NCBI GenBank assembly: GCA_964016885.1
Contig: OZ024761.1
Location: 5,394,001-5,458,000 of the forward strand
Direction: 5' to 3'
Source: Eledone cirrhosa
Lineage: Eukaryota
Length of the DNA: 64,000 nucleotides
Shown: piece by piece, positions 13,544 to 26,780 of the stretch
How the letters are laid out: every line of letters starts with the position of its first letter
How positions within the stretch are numbered: position 1 is the first letter of the stretch
Position numbers and translations under genes: made by a program
The notes under the pieces: generated by a model
The model's input: the letters and a program-made list of their open reading frames with translations, nothing else
Databases searched by the model: none
What the model was told of the DNA's origin: nothing

Positions 13544-14217
13544 ATGGTAATGGAAGGGTTAATGACATAGACAGTGTCTTTCATTAGAAATATGGTAATG
13601 AAAGGGTTTAATGACATAGACAGTGTCTTTCATTAGAAATATGGTAATGAAAGGGTTAATGACATAGACAGTGTCTTTCATTAGAAATATGGTAATGAAA
13701 GGGTTATTGATATAGACAGTGTCTTTCATTAGAAATATGGTAATGAAAGGGTTAATGACATAGACAGTGTCTTTCGTTAGAAATATGGTAATGAAAGGGC
13801 TAATGACATAGTGTCTTTCATTAGAAATATGGTAATGAAAGGGCTAATGACATAGTGTCTTTCATTAGAAATATGGTAATGAAAGGGCTAATGACATAAA
13901 CAGTGTCTTTCAGTAGAAATATGGTAATGAAAGGGTTAATGACATAGACAGTGTCTTTCATTAGAAATATGGTAATGAAAGGGTTAAAGACATAGACAGT
14001 GTCTTTCAGTAGAAATATGGTAATGAAAGGGTTATTGACATAAGTAGTGTCTTTCATTAGAAATATAGTAATGAAAGGGTTATTGACATAGGTAGTGTCT
14101 TTCATTAGAAATATGGTAATGAAAGGGTTAAAGACATAGACAGTGTCTTTCATTAGAAATATGGTAATGAAAGGGTTAATGACATAGGTAGTGTCTGTCA
14201 GTAGAAATATGGTAATC
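13544..14217 (-). repeat. Minisatellite, 48-bp unit derived from the MITE-B terminus, ~14 copies
   Basis: Unit atggtaatgaaagggttaatgacatagacagtgtctttcattagaaat; reverse complement of the array at 34902-36095; MITE body adjacent at ~13400-13543. Confidence 0.95.
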
Positions 14218-14239
14218 ACATAACTATTTTTTTTCCTAG

Positions 14240-14643
14240 GAATTGATTGGTCCCTTACTGTGAATGACCCAGAACCCAGAGGAACTGTGAAACACAACCG
14301 GTCTTTGTCTTCTCTGTTAATACTGAGGGGTGACCAGCTGGCTACCGCCAATACGCTGTCATTCAAGGACAAGAGACTTCACACACCCTGGACAACTCCT
14401 GACTTGAGTTTCGCTGAATGGCACCAGTGTCGGTCATTTCGGCATTATGAGAAATCTGCTACACTGGTCAGCAACAGCCAGATGACTGCCAGACCACTTG
14501 GCCATGTGGTCAGTCGTGCCTGGGATATGTTCTCTGCTAAAGCCTTCTTTCACCAGTATTCTAATTATGGACTGACCACATCTGACTTTTTGGACTCTTT
14601 TGCATGTTTGGAACAAATAATTTCTAATTATGCAACTTTGTGA
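14240..14643 (+). CDS. TUBD1: Delta-tubulin, terminal coding exon
   Basis: ttttcctag| acceptor, phase 1. Encodes GIDW...YEKSATLVSNSQ...AWDMFSAKAFFHQYSNYGL...SFACLEQIISNYATL, stop TGA. Confidence 0.95.
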
Positions 14644-14904
14644 GGGTCATGACTTGTGGGGTGGAGTGTGGGGGGATGGGGTGTTGGGGAGGGGGGGGTG
14701 TATGGGAGGGGGTACTGGTGTGTATGGGAGGGAGTGCTGGTGTGTAGAGTGAGGGAGTACTGGTGTGTATGGGAGGGAGTGCTGGTGTATACATGTGTTA
14801 GTGTGTAGTAGAAAGTGAGAGAGAGATAAAGAGAGAAAGAAAAGTGCTATTCAGTTTGTGAGGGATCATACTGTGTGCAAATGCCTACCAGCCTTCTATC
14901 CCTC

Positions 14905-15930
14905 ACAGTATTCACTTTACTTCCCACAACTTCCTGCAACTTCACAGTACATCCCACAACTCCCCACAATATCACAGTACCTCCCACAACTTCACTTTAC
15001 ATCCCACAACTTCACAGTACATCCCACAACTTCCCACAATATCACAGTACATCCCACAACTTCACTTTACATCCCTCAACCTCACAGTACATCCCACAAC
15101 TTCACTTTACATCTCACAACCTCACAGTACATCCCACGACTTCCCACAACATCCAACAACTTCACTTTACATCCCACAACCTCACAGTACTTCCCACAAT
15201 ATCACAGTACATCCACAACTTCACTTTACATCTCAGTACATCCCACAACTCAGTACATCCCACAACTTCCCACAACATCCAACAACTTCACTTTACATCC
15301 CACAACCTCACAGTACTTCCCACAACTCCCCACAATATCACAGTACATCCCACAACTTCACTTTACATCCCACAACTTCACAGTACATCCCACAACTTCC
15401 CACAACATCACAGTACATCCCACAACTTCACTTTACATCCCACAACTTCACAGTACATCCCACAACTTCCCACAACATCACAGTACATCCCACAACTTCA
15501 CTTTACATCCCACAACCTCACAGTACATCCCACACCTTCCCACAACATCACAGTACATCCAACAACTTCACTTTACATCCCACAATCTCACAGTACATCC
15601 CACACCTTCCCACAACATCACAGTACATCCAACAACTTCACTTTACATCCCACAATCTCACAGTACTTCCCACAACTCCTCACAACATCACACTACATCC
15701 CACAACCTCACAGTACTTCCCACAACTCCCCACATCACAGTACTCCCCACAACTCCCTACAACATCACACTACATCCCACAACATCACTTTACATCCCAC
15801 AACTTCACAGTACTTCCCACAACATCCCACAACTTCTACAACATCTCACAATTTCACTCAACATCTCACAACATCACAGTACTTCCCACAACTCCACAAT
15901 ACATTTCACAACTTCCCACAACTTAACAAC
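14905..15930 (+). repeat. Complex C/A-rich minisatellite (catcccacaacttcacagta variants), downstream of the TUBD1 stop
   Basis: Seen directly; interleaved 10-20-bp subunits. Confidence 0.93.
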
Positions 15931-15989
15931 CATAACATAATACTCAGGGAGATTCACCATGACACAGTGTGTGATGCATGGCTGGCAAT

Positions 15990-16440
15990 TTGAATTACAA
16001 GTACAACTCATTTTATTCATAGTGGACTGGAGCAACGTGAAATAAAGTGTCTTGCTCAAGGACACAGTGGACTGGGGCAATGTGAAATAAAGTGTCTTGT
16101 TTGAAGATACAGTGGACTGGAGCAACGTGAAATAAAGTGTCTTGTTTGAAGATGCAGTGAACTGGAGCAACATGAAAGAAAGTATCTTACTGAAGGACAC
16201 AGTGGACTGGAGCAACGTGAAATAAAGTATCTTACTGAAGGACACAGTGGACTGGAGCAACGTGAAATAAAGTATCTTATTGAAGGACACAGTGGATTGG
16301 AGCAACGTGAAATAAAGTGTCTTGTTTGAAGATGCAGTGAACTGGAGCAACATGAAAGAAAGTATCTTGCTTAAGGACTTGAAGTCCTGACCTTACAATC
16401 ATGAGCTGACCAACCCAACCACAAAGATAAGTGGCTTCAC
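15990..16440 (-). mobile_element. Old CORE-type SINE whose CORE segment is amplified as a 45-bp array (~8 copies, 16020-16378)
   Basis: Unit cagtggactggagcaacgtgaaataaagtgtcttgctcaaggaca is the reverse complement of the segment ccttgagcaagacactttatttcacattgctccagt in the SINE at 20132. Confidence 0.8.
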
Positions 16441-16481
16441 AAAGTCATATAACACACACACACACCTTTACACACATATAT

Positions 16482-18718
16482 TGTTATGTAGGACACGTAA
16501 TAGAGGTTTTTAATAAAAGCTTTTATTAACGGTAAATTATACAGCTCGTTCCTTGTACTCCTTTGCTCTGCTGACCGGTGAGGCCTTTTCTTGATGGCTG
16601 CCTCGTCGTTTCTTCTTCGCCTCGTGACCTCTCCATGACTGCATGAGACTTACCCCCACGAGGGTTCACTTAATACGAAGCACAACAGCTACAACTAGCA
16701 GACGATGACACCAAGATACTAATTAGCAACAGTCACATTATAACACAGCAGCTACAACTAGCAGACGATGACACCAAGATACTAATTAGCAACAGTCACA
16801 TTATAACACAGCAGCTACAACTAGCAGATGATGACACCAAGATACTAATTAGCAACAGTCACATTATAACACAGCAGCTACAACTAGCAGACGATGACAC
16901 CAAGATACTAAATTAGCAACAGTCACATTATAACACAACAGCTACAACTAGCAGACGATGACACCAAGATACTAATTAGCAACAGTCACATTATAACACA
17001 ACAGCTACAACTAGCAGACGATGACACCAAGATACTAAATTAGCAACAGTCACATTATAACACAGCAGCTACAACTAGCAGACGATGACACCAAGATACT
17101 AAATTAGCAACAGTCACATTATAACACAACAGCTACAACTAGCAGACGATGACACCAAGATACTAATTAGCAACAGTCACATTATAACACAGCAGCTACA
17201 ACTAGCAGATGATGACACCAAGATACTAATTAACAACAGTCACATTATAACACAACAGCTACAACTAGCAGACGATGACACCAAGATACTAATTAGCAAC
17301 AGTCACATTATAACACAACAGCTACAACTAGCAGACGATGACACCAAGATACTAATTAGCAACAGTCACATTATAACACAGCAGCTACAACTAGCAGACG
17401 ATGACACCAAGATACTAATTAGCAACAGTCACATTATAACACAGCAGCTACAACTAGCAGATGATGACACCAAGATACTAATTAACAACAGTCACATTAT
17501 AACACAACAGCTACAACTAGCAGACGATGACACCAAGATACTAATTAGCAACAGTCACATTATAACACAACAGCTACAACTAGCAGACGATGACACCAAG
17601 ATACTAATTAGCAACAGTCACATTATAACACAACAGCTACAACTAGCAGACGATGACACCAAGATACTAATTAGCAACAGTCACATTATAACACAACAGC
17701 TACAACTAGCAGACGATGACACCAAGATACTAATTAGCAACAGTCACATTATAACACAACAGCTACAACTAGCAGACGATGACACCAAGATACTAATTAG
17801 CAACAGTCACATTATAACACAGCAGCTACAACTAGCAGATGATGACACCAAGATACTAATTAGCAACAGTCACATTATAACACAACAGCTACAACTAGCA
17901 GATGATGACACCAAGATACTAATTAGCAACAGTCACATTATAACACAGCAGCTACAACTAGCAGACGATGACACCAAGATACTAATTAGCAACAGTCACA
18001 TTATAACACAACAGCTACAACTAGCAGACGATGACACCAAGATACTAATTAGCAACAGTCACATTATAACACAACAGCTACAACTAGCAGACGATGACAC
18101 CAAGATACTAATTAGCAACAGTCACATTATAACACAGCAGCTACAACTAGCAGATGATGACACCAAGATACTAATTAGCAACAGTCACATTATAACACAA
18201 CAGCTACAACTAGCAGATGATGACACCAAGATACTAATTAGCAACAGTCACATTATAACACAGCAGCTACAACTAGCAGACGATGACACCAAGATACTAA
18301 TTAGCAACAGTCACATTATAACACAACAGCTACAACTAGCAGACGATGACACCAAGATACTAATTAGCAACAGTCACATTATAACACAACAGCTACAACT
18401 AGCAGACGATGACACCAAGATACTAATTAGCAACAGTCACATTATAACACAGCAGCTACAACTAGCAGATGATGACACCAAGATACTAATTAGCAACAGT
18501 CACATTATAACACAACAGCTACAACTAGCAGATGATGACACCAAGATACTAATTAGCAACAGTCACATTATAACACAGCAGCTACAACTAGCAGACGATG
18601 ACACCAAGATACTAATTAGCAGACGATGACACCAAGATATTAATTAGCAGATGATGACACTAAGATACTAATTAGCAGACGATGACACTAAGATACTAAT
18701 TAACAACAGTCACATTAT
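16482..18718 (-). repeat. 3' LTR, inflated by a 63-bp tandem array (~30 copies, 16681-18620)
   Basis: 16482-16746 aligns with 24095-24331; array unit cacaacagctacaactagcagacgatgacaccaagatactaattagcaacagtcacattataa. Confidence 0.92.
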
Positions 18719-20131
18719 TCCTCCTTGAAACGTTTTGATTTTTACATCCTGTCACAATTCTTGCATTTCACCTCAATTCTGGACTTAATGAAATTAATGT
18801 ATTTGATTGTTTGACAGCTAATATTGCCGACAAAAGGTTGTTCTGATCCTTCTATAACTCCAGTGTTGCGTCTAACTTGTGGACTTGATATGATCGTTTG
18901 TCAAAGACCCACATCATCACCGTTAGGCATCCTTACATAATCAGTGGGAACCTCTATGCTAGGTGTGATCCTTAAATCACTCAATTCTGGTTCCCGTATG
19001 TTTAACGGTGCAAGTTGTTCAACTGCTCCTAACTTAAGTGGGTGACCCCCTCCTTAATCCATGTCGTATTTATTCCAGCATGTACTCCGTATTTTGCTTT
19101 GGATGCAACCCTATCCAATGTGGTCTTGTACATTACATCCTTACCTATTTTGAAGAATGGGTTTACAGTAACCCTCAGTTGTCTTTTCAGCAGGTGATAA
19201 CTTACAACCACCCGAGGCACTTCGATGGTTAAATAGAATTTTGTTCAAGTTGACAAAACTGTGTCTTGGGATCAAAATGCTTCAGCGCAGATTTCACGGT
19301 TTGTATGGCCCCCTCAGTGGTGCCATTATAATGCTGGACTGTAAGAAGATGTCTCTATCTTTCTGCAGCCCATTGATAACAACATACTTTTCAACGCAAC
19401 GAATTCAGGCTTGTTGTCCGATACCAAGGCGGTGGCTACTCCAAAACAAGAGAAGACCTCAAGTAACTTGCTTTTTTTTACCTCAGTTGTACGATTACGA
19501 CACATGAATGCTTCAATCCATGTTGAATAAGCGTCTACAATGACTAGAATGTTGCCGATGTTTGGAACATATGCCCAATCCACAAGAACGTGTTCCCAGG
19601 GCCCAGAAATAGGCCATGAATTATTTGCCTTTACTAGATTTGGCCTAAATCTCTGGCAACTGTCACAAGATTTGACAAACTTCTCCATAGAGTAAGCCAA
19701 CCCAAATACAGAGTCATGCCTTCTTAATCATTTGCGGAATGACCATGTGTGTGTCGTGTATTTTAGCTAATACTGAGGCTCTATAAGGTGCTGGAATAAA
19801 TGGACGATTCTTATGATATATCAAGCCATTTTCACAGGTTAGAAACTTCTCTTTAACGAATGCTCGTTCCAGATTTGAGACCGATTCCCAATTCTGTTGT
19901 AAAATCCTTTCCTTTATTTTGTTGTCTAATGTATTCACATTTAGTTGTGTTCAGATGCTTTCAATCATTATGGGATCGATGTCCTACCACACACTCTCTC
20001 ATTCGTCCAAATATGAAGCAAGGAAAATTATATTGCCGTCATTGTCCTCACTATACCTCAAGCATGAGAGGGCATCGACATGTGGAATGCTTTTACCCGG
20101 GACGTGCCTTACGACAAAATCATACTGTGAT

Positions 20132-20462
20132 GAGGCACATGGCTCAGTGGTTAGAGCATTGGCCTTGCAATCGAAAGGTTGTGAGTTCAATTCTCAGACC
20201 GGGTGATGTGTTGTTTCCTTGAGCAAGACACTTTATTTCACATTGCTCCAGTTTACTCAGCTGTAGAAATGAGATGATAGGGACTGGGGTCCCTATCATT
20301 CCACTGCAAAGTGGTTGTGGAGGTGCCAAGGCAAAAAAGCACCCAGCCCTCACTGTAAATGAGGTTGGTGTTAGGAAGGGCATCCAGCTGTAGAAATCAG
20401 TTCCCGTCCCACCCTTGCAAGCAGTGAAAAGCGGACGTAAAATGATGAATGAATGATGAATG
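20132..20462 (+). mobile_element. tRNA-derived CORE-type SINE with RTE-derived 3' part, nested in Gypsy pol
   Basis: Box A tggctcagtgg, box B gagttcaattct, CORE-like ccttgagcaagacact, ggtgttaggaagggcatcc, tail acccttgcaagcag...gacgtaaaatgatga. Copies at 54150 and 60524. Confidence 0.85.
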
Positions 20463-21139
20463 ATAGAATCAAGCTTCATCTGGTTATTTTCTGTGAAGCT
20501 CGTCGAGGTACATCCAAATCGTTTGTGAAGAGTGTTTTTAAAGGCTGGTGATCAGTTTCCAGACAGAATTGCTTTCCCAGAAGGAAATGCCGCAGTCTGT
20601 CCACGCACCATACTACTGCATAGGCCCCTCTCTCTATATTCGACTAATTCCGTTGTGACTGGGAAAAGGTGTGGCTTATGAAAGCTACTGGGTGTACCTC
20701 CTGGGATATAACACCCCAGCTACTACAATTAAGGATACATTTACAGTTAGATGCATCTACCATTGAATATGGCTGTAAAACTGGAGCTTCCGAAAGATGA
20801 ATATTAAGTGTTCCAAAGGCCTTATCTTGTTCTTTACCCCACTTGACCTCTTTAGATCTAGCTGCTAAAAGTGGTCCTATCTTTTCAGCATATGCCGGGA
20901 TAAATCTTCTATAATAGTATGTTAAACCTAATATTTTATCAATATCCTCCTTCGGTACCTGTATATCCTTTAGTTTTGCCACCAATTCATGAGATGGAGA
21001 AATTCCTTCTTCAAATAGTTTCATTCCCAGGAAAATCAATTTCTTCTTCTGGAGAATGACTTGTCTTTGTTTATAGAGAATTGCACTTTGGTTAGCCTTG
21101 CAACTACCGTATTTCCTCTGCTCGTTAGGTTTGCTTCTC

Positions 21140-21586
21140 TATTAGCATAGATAACGATATTGGTATATAGATGAGGATATCATGTTGGTATATAGATAAC
21201 GATATTGTGTTGGTATACAGATGAGGATATCGTCTTGGTATATAGATGAGGATATCATGTTGGTATATAGATGATGATATTGTCTTGGTATATAGATGAG
21301 GATATCGTGTTGGTATATAGATGAGGATATTGTCTTGGTATATAGATGAGGATATCTTGTTGGTATATAGATGAGGATATTGTCTTGGTATATAGATGAC
21401 GATATCGTGTTGGTATATAGATGACGATATCGTGTTGGTATATAGATAACGATATCGTGTTGGTATATAGATGGCAATATCGTGTTGGTATATAGATAAC
21501 AATATCGTGTGTGGTATATATATGAGGATATCGTGTGGATATATAGATATTGTGTTGGTATATAGATGATGATATCGTCTTGGTAT
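21140..21586 (-). repeat. Minisatellite, 25-bp unit, ~18 copies, amplified from the Gypsy RT YQDD codons
   Basis: Minus-strand unit ataccaagacgatatcatcatctat; RT reads ...EGVRVYQDDIIIY, then the array, then resumes IVIYANRE. Confidence 0.92.
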
Positions 21587-21792
21587 ACCCTGACTCCTTC
21601 GATCTCCTTTAGTAGAGTCTCCGTACAGTTTTGAAATATACCACTTGAATTCTTAAGGCCCATTTGAAATCTGTTAACCAGGTACAGGCCATTGGTTGGA
21701 TTGATAGCACAAATGCACCTTGTGTCCTCTGCCAAAGGTATTTGCCAATATGCAGGCTTTAGATCAAGCATTGAGAAAAATTTTGCACCTGA

Positions 21793-22060
21793 CATCATCA
21801 TCATCATCACCGTTTTACGTCCATTCTTCCACGCTAGCATGGGTTAGACGGTTTGTCCTGTTGTGGGCAGTGTCCAGTTGGCTGACCATGTCTTGCTCAT
21901 ACAGGAACTGAGTCTGGCTTGATTTCTACAGCTGTACAGCCTTTCTAACACCAACCTCATTTACAGTGAGTGCTGGGTGCTTTTTTGCTGTGGCACCTCC
22001 ACGACCACTTTACAGTGGGAGGGGGTGAGGGCATATTGTCTATATGCTTCAGCTTTGGCT
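21793..22060 (-). mobile_element. RTE-related non-autonomous SINE-like element nested in Gypsy RT
   Basis: Close reverse complement of 26270-26550; (ATG)n tail. Confidence 0.8.
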
Positions 22061-22248
22061 TGTACCCGTGGGGGGGGGGGGGGTCATCTGTATTACTGCG
22101 TGACATCAGAGGTCATGGTCGTGTGTCATTACCTTTGACAGGTGTAATTGGGTAAGGCCGGAGAAAATAATATTGGTTGTTGGTATGGGAAAAGAATAGG
22201 TGTCAATATGAACATTTAAGTGAGCTTTATAATCAACACACATACGGA

Positions 22249-22490
22249 TGTGCATGGAGGATGACCGCTGGGTAAAGAAGTGCCAAGAAATCCCAGTAGA
22301 AGGAAGACGCAGTAGAGGTAGACCACGAAAAACATGGGCGGAGGTGGTGAGAGCAGACGTCAGATCGCTGAAACTCACAGAGGAGATGACGAAGGACCGT
22401 GACAAGTGGAAAGATGCTGTGCTGAATAGGACCCGTCCAACCCTTGCAAGCAGGGAAAAGCAGACGTAAAATGAAGATGATGATTTTGAT
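22249..22490 (+). mobile_element. 5'-truncated RTE-clade LINE nested in Gypsy RT
   Basis: Encodes ...EGRRSRGRPRKTWAEVV...DRDKWKDAV (RTE C-terminus); (ATG)n-like tail; short imperfect TSD atac(g/a)ga; splits Gypsy KKDGSL/RMCVDYK. Confidence 0.88.
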
Positions 22491-24094
22491 GATACAGAGT
22501 GATCCATCTTTCTTTCTCAAACAGACCACGGGCGAGGCACACCTGACTCCAGAGTAATCTGACGGTGTGGTGATGCCCATCATTTCCAACCTCTGTAACT
22601 CATCTTTAACTTCATTTTCTAAATGAACTGGAATGCGTCTCGCTGAAGTCATCCTGCTATAACTCTTATAGCAATTTGATTATTTTGTACGGCGGGTCAC
22701 CAGTTTAGCTGGTTATATCATTGTCATAACATATTTCGCTAGTAGTTGAACGACAAAAGAAAAATGGTTGTTTACCTTTCCACAGTTGAAGCAACAAGAG
22801 ATTGAGTTTATCAAAAGTAGCGGGAAAATCTCAGTTTAGGCGGAAGTTGAAAATGCATATCCGTGCTCGGCTCACGATTAGCCAAATCACGCACGAATAG
22901 CCTATCAATGCGCCAAAGGAAAGTAGCTTGCTACACTTCAGAGCAGTTAACATGAGCCACAAAACCTTTAACTTCCAGGAACACGTTCATGTTTAAGTTA
23001 AAACAAAATGAACTGTCTTTAATAATGTCTTTTCCAATCAGTCCGAAGTTGTAGGGGCTATCTACTACAATGAAGCCACGAGATTCGTCGGTGTTGTTGA
23101 ATTTAAATCTTACTCAGACCGATCCAACCACCTTTAGATCTGAACCATCAAAAGTGGTTCCATTGGGATATTTGGCTGTGAAGCAAATGAAAATGGGATT
23201 ATTGAATAAACTGCACCCATATCTAGTTTCATATCAATGCTTCTGTTGTTTATAAAACACTTACAGAAACCCCTATTGTCTACACGATTGTTTATGTTTA
23301 GCATAAAACTGTCGATGGAACCAGCCTCACTTGAAATCTTGTTTATGTTGTTTACTTTATGATCAGATTTTGATCAACAGGATCTTGCAAAATGCCCTAA
23401 TTTTCCGCATTTATTACAACTTTTTTCGTATGCCAGACATGTACACTGTGTGCACACCCGCAATTTCTACATTTTGCTACATTGTCATCGTCCTGACTGC
23501 ATCTAGGAATATTTTTTGCTTTGTTTATGTTAAAATTTGTTGATGGAGGCAAAAGCTGTCGGATGCTCGCAAACTGTTTCATATTCTATAGTGGATGCGA
23601 GAGCAGCTATTTCAGTGTATTTCACTTTAGAATTACATCACAACTAATCTAAAATTTTCAATTTTATCTCAATTTTATCTTTATGATAGTCTCACGATGA
23701 AAATGAGCTCCATAATTTCTTCCTCTGGATTTTCTTTCATTCTATTCAAGTGATAAAAGGAAGCTTGAAAATTAATCCTAAGAAAATCATTGATTGATCC
23801 ACTGTTGAGTTGTTTTAACTCGAGTCTGTCCACAATTAACAGTCTCTCCTTCAGCTTTATTAGTTGATATAACGTGTCCATTATTTTCTGGTATGCAGCA
23901 TCCTGAAGACTTCTCAGGAAAAGGACACCCTTCAGCTTCATTATAGCCTCTACTCCACAGAAATGTTGGTTTCTTTTTGACATCTTCAACGTTGCTGCAT
24001 AACAGTTCTGCTTTGAACTGTATCAGCCAGGCATTGGCTTCTTCCAAGTCGTTAAGGTTCAAATGTTTTCCTTTTGTCATCCTTCGTCGCCATT

Positions 24095-24331
24095 TGTTAT
24101 GTATGACATGTAATAGAGGGTTTTAATGATAGCTTTTATTAATGGTAAATAACACAGCTCGTTCCTTGTACTCCTTTGCTCTGCTGACCGGTGAGGCCCT
24201 TTCTTGATGGCTGCCTTGCGATCTCCCAGAGACTTACCCCTGAAAGTTCACTTAATACGGAGCACAACAGATACAACTAGCAGGCGATGACACCAAGATA
24301 CTAATTAGCAACTGTCACATTACATATAACA
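24095..24331 (-). repeat. 5' LTR of the Gypsy element (~237 bp)
   Basis: TGTTAT...ATAACA; adjacent PBS (plus strand tcgtcgcca) and gag ATG at 24080. Confidence 0.9.
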
Positions 24332-26021
24332 CACATATCTTTACACAGACATATAACACACACATACCTTTACACAGTCATATCTTCACACACACATATA
24401 CCTTTACACAGTCATGTCTCCACACACACACACATACCTTTACACAAACACATATAACACACACATATCTTTAGTCATATCTTCACATAGACATATAACA
24501 ACACATACCTTCACACACAGACATACCTTCACACACACACATAACTTTACACACACATATAACAACACATACCTTCACACACATAAGATGAAAGAAGAAA
24601 CAAAGACAAGATATGAATAGTTCATTGTTTTATTGCAGTCAATAGTAATACATAGATTTGTAGTTTTAGCTTTGGCTGACACCATACCTTCATACATGCA
24701 TACAATGCTGCACTTTTGACATTTCAGCTCAACTTTTAGTTTATAATACATTTCAGCTCAAAAGTGTTTGTGTTCAACCCTTCACCACATTACACTATAG
24801 TTGGTGGTGTAGGGTTAAACCCCCTAAAACCACACTACACTATAGTTGTTGGCAGTGGTGTAGGGTTCACACAGTTTGATGTTGTAATATTTATTTATAA
24901 TTTTTTTAAATATAGTTTTTTGGAAGAAAAAAAACCCCATCTATTTCTTTCTCTTTCATCCCAAGATAAACTTTATATTTTACATACACACAAGCATATA
25001 CTGACACACTGACGCATAAACGTATACAGAAATATTTATCTATCTATATATATATATATTAGTATATATATATTCTTATATATATATATACAGTTGCAGA
25101 TCATGGGTTTACTGTCACTTGTGCTTTAAATAGTCATTAAGACTATGGTCTTGTCGTTTGTCCATTTGTTACAGTCCCTTGTGGACTAGAGCCAGTTAGT
25201 ATTGACCTTAAAGTACTGAAACAACGTATCTTTAGTGGCCAACTGTTCAGATGGGACCATTCATTTTCCTGTCTTCGCCCATATTTTTTATTCATATACG
25301 TATATATATATATATAAAGAATGAATAATAACAGGTAGACATCATATATATATATATATGTATAAATGTATGTGTGTATATGTATGTATAAATAGATGTA
25401 TCTATAAATATATGTATGTATATATATATATATGTATGTATAAATATATGTATGCATGTGTATATCATCATCATTTTACGTCCGCTTTTCCCTAATATAT
25501 ATATGTATATATATATATTTGAATTTACTGCTAGCTATCATAACTTGAAACTATTTTATGAGTTCTACTAATTTTATGTTATATTAGAGTGAGTAGCTTG
25601 ACTAATAATACTTATATACTTACCTATTGTATAATAATGTAAAACTATTTAATTACTGTTGTGGCTTTTTGATTGTTTGCTTCTCTCTTGTTTACCAATT
25701 TATGTTTTCTGCCTAAAAACATCCCTCTTCACCATAATTACCGCCTTGTACATCCACCCGCCTCGCTTCATTGCTCACCGATATTCAGTATTTGATAATG
25801 TCTATGTTCTTGATACATGTTTTTCTTAAATTCAATCTCTCTTAACATTCCTGATGATACGCAGCTGTTTTATATATTGTGTAAATAATTGTTAATTACT
25901 TAAAACTGAGTGATTTGTTGGTTGTGTATTCATGTCAGCTTATCCCTTGTATAGAAACGATTGGGGATATTAAAGATTGATTTCATTTCTTTTGCTTCTC
26001 TTCACTTTAAATATATTTGTG

Positions 26022-26064
<43 letters not shown>

Positions 26065-26215
26065 ATATACATACATACATATATATATATATATATGGAA
26101 ATATATATTTTTGTATATTGGGTTGGTATCTTAAGGATTCTAGCTTAATTAAAAAACATTGAGTGAGTGGGAAAGTGATCAAAGATTTTTCGGTCATATC
26201 TGATGACTTCGTTTC

Positions 26216-26252
<37 letters not shown>

Positions 26253-26269
26253 CATATAAACAATATGCC

Positions 26270-26548
26270 CCCCCCCCCCACCGCAAGGTGGTCGTGGAGG
26301 TGCCACGGCAAAAAAGCACCCAGCCCACACTGTAAAGTGGACGTGTAGGCGCCACGAAAAAGCACCCAGCACTCACTGTAAATGAGGTTGGTGTTAGGAA
26401 GGGCATCCAGCTGTAGAAATCAAGCCAGATCAGTTCCTGTATGAGCAAGGCATGGTCAGCCGACCAGACACTGCCCACAACAGGACAACCCGTCTAACCC
26501 ATGCTAGCGTGGAAGAACGGACGTAAAACGGTGATGATGATGATGATG

Positions 26549-26550
<2 letters not shown>
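26270..26550 (+). mobile_element. RTE-related non-autonomous SINE-like element
   Basis: ggtgttaggaagggcatccagctgtagaaa ... aacccatgctagcgtggaagaacggacgtaaaacgg(tga)n. Confidence 0.8.
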
Positions 26551-26610
<60 letters not shown>

Positions 26611-26625
26611 CATATACATACATAC

Positions 26626-26664
<39 letters not shown>

Positions 26665-26706
26665 CATACATATACATACATATATATATATATATATACA
26701 TACATA

Positions 26707-26780
<74 letters not shown>

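Larger units (their letters stand above)
19200..24080 (-). pseudogene. Disrupted gag-pol of the Gypsy element
   Basis: ORF fragments 23787-24080 (gag start directly after the PBS), 22233-22652, 21142-21840, 20644-21039, 19714-19938, 19326-19700. Confidence 0.9.
16482..24331 (-). mobile_element. Ty3/Gypsy LTR retrotransposon (Mag-like), decayed, full-length
   Basis: Two LTRs with TGTTAT...ATAACA termini; PBS TGGCGACGA next to the 5' LTR; purine tract AAGGAGGAA next to the 3' LTR; gag CNKCGKLGHFARSC knuckle; RT (RKKDGSL-RMCVDYK, LDLKPAYWQI, YQDD); RNase H (VDASN); integrase (CDSCQ, VDWA, IVDAYS, VSDN). Many stops and frameshifts. Confidence 0.93.

Noticed and set aside
16681-18620. CRISPR-like regular repeats (also 27016-27950 and 37630-40149)
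   Set aside because: Units are contiguous with no unique spacers, there are no cas genes, and the context is eukaryotic.
20132-20215. tRNA-like sequence with box A and box B
   Set aside because: It is a SINE head: no proper cloverleaf, it continues into the CORE and RTE tail, and multiple copies are present.
16470-24340. Target-site duplication of the Gypsy element
   Set aside because: The insertion lies in a CA/TA-rich low-complexity repeat; tata(t)/tata(a) is suggestive but cannot be called.
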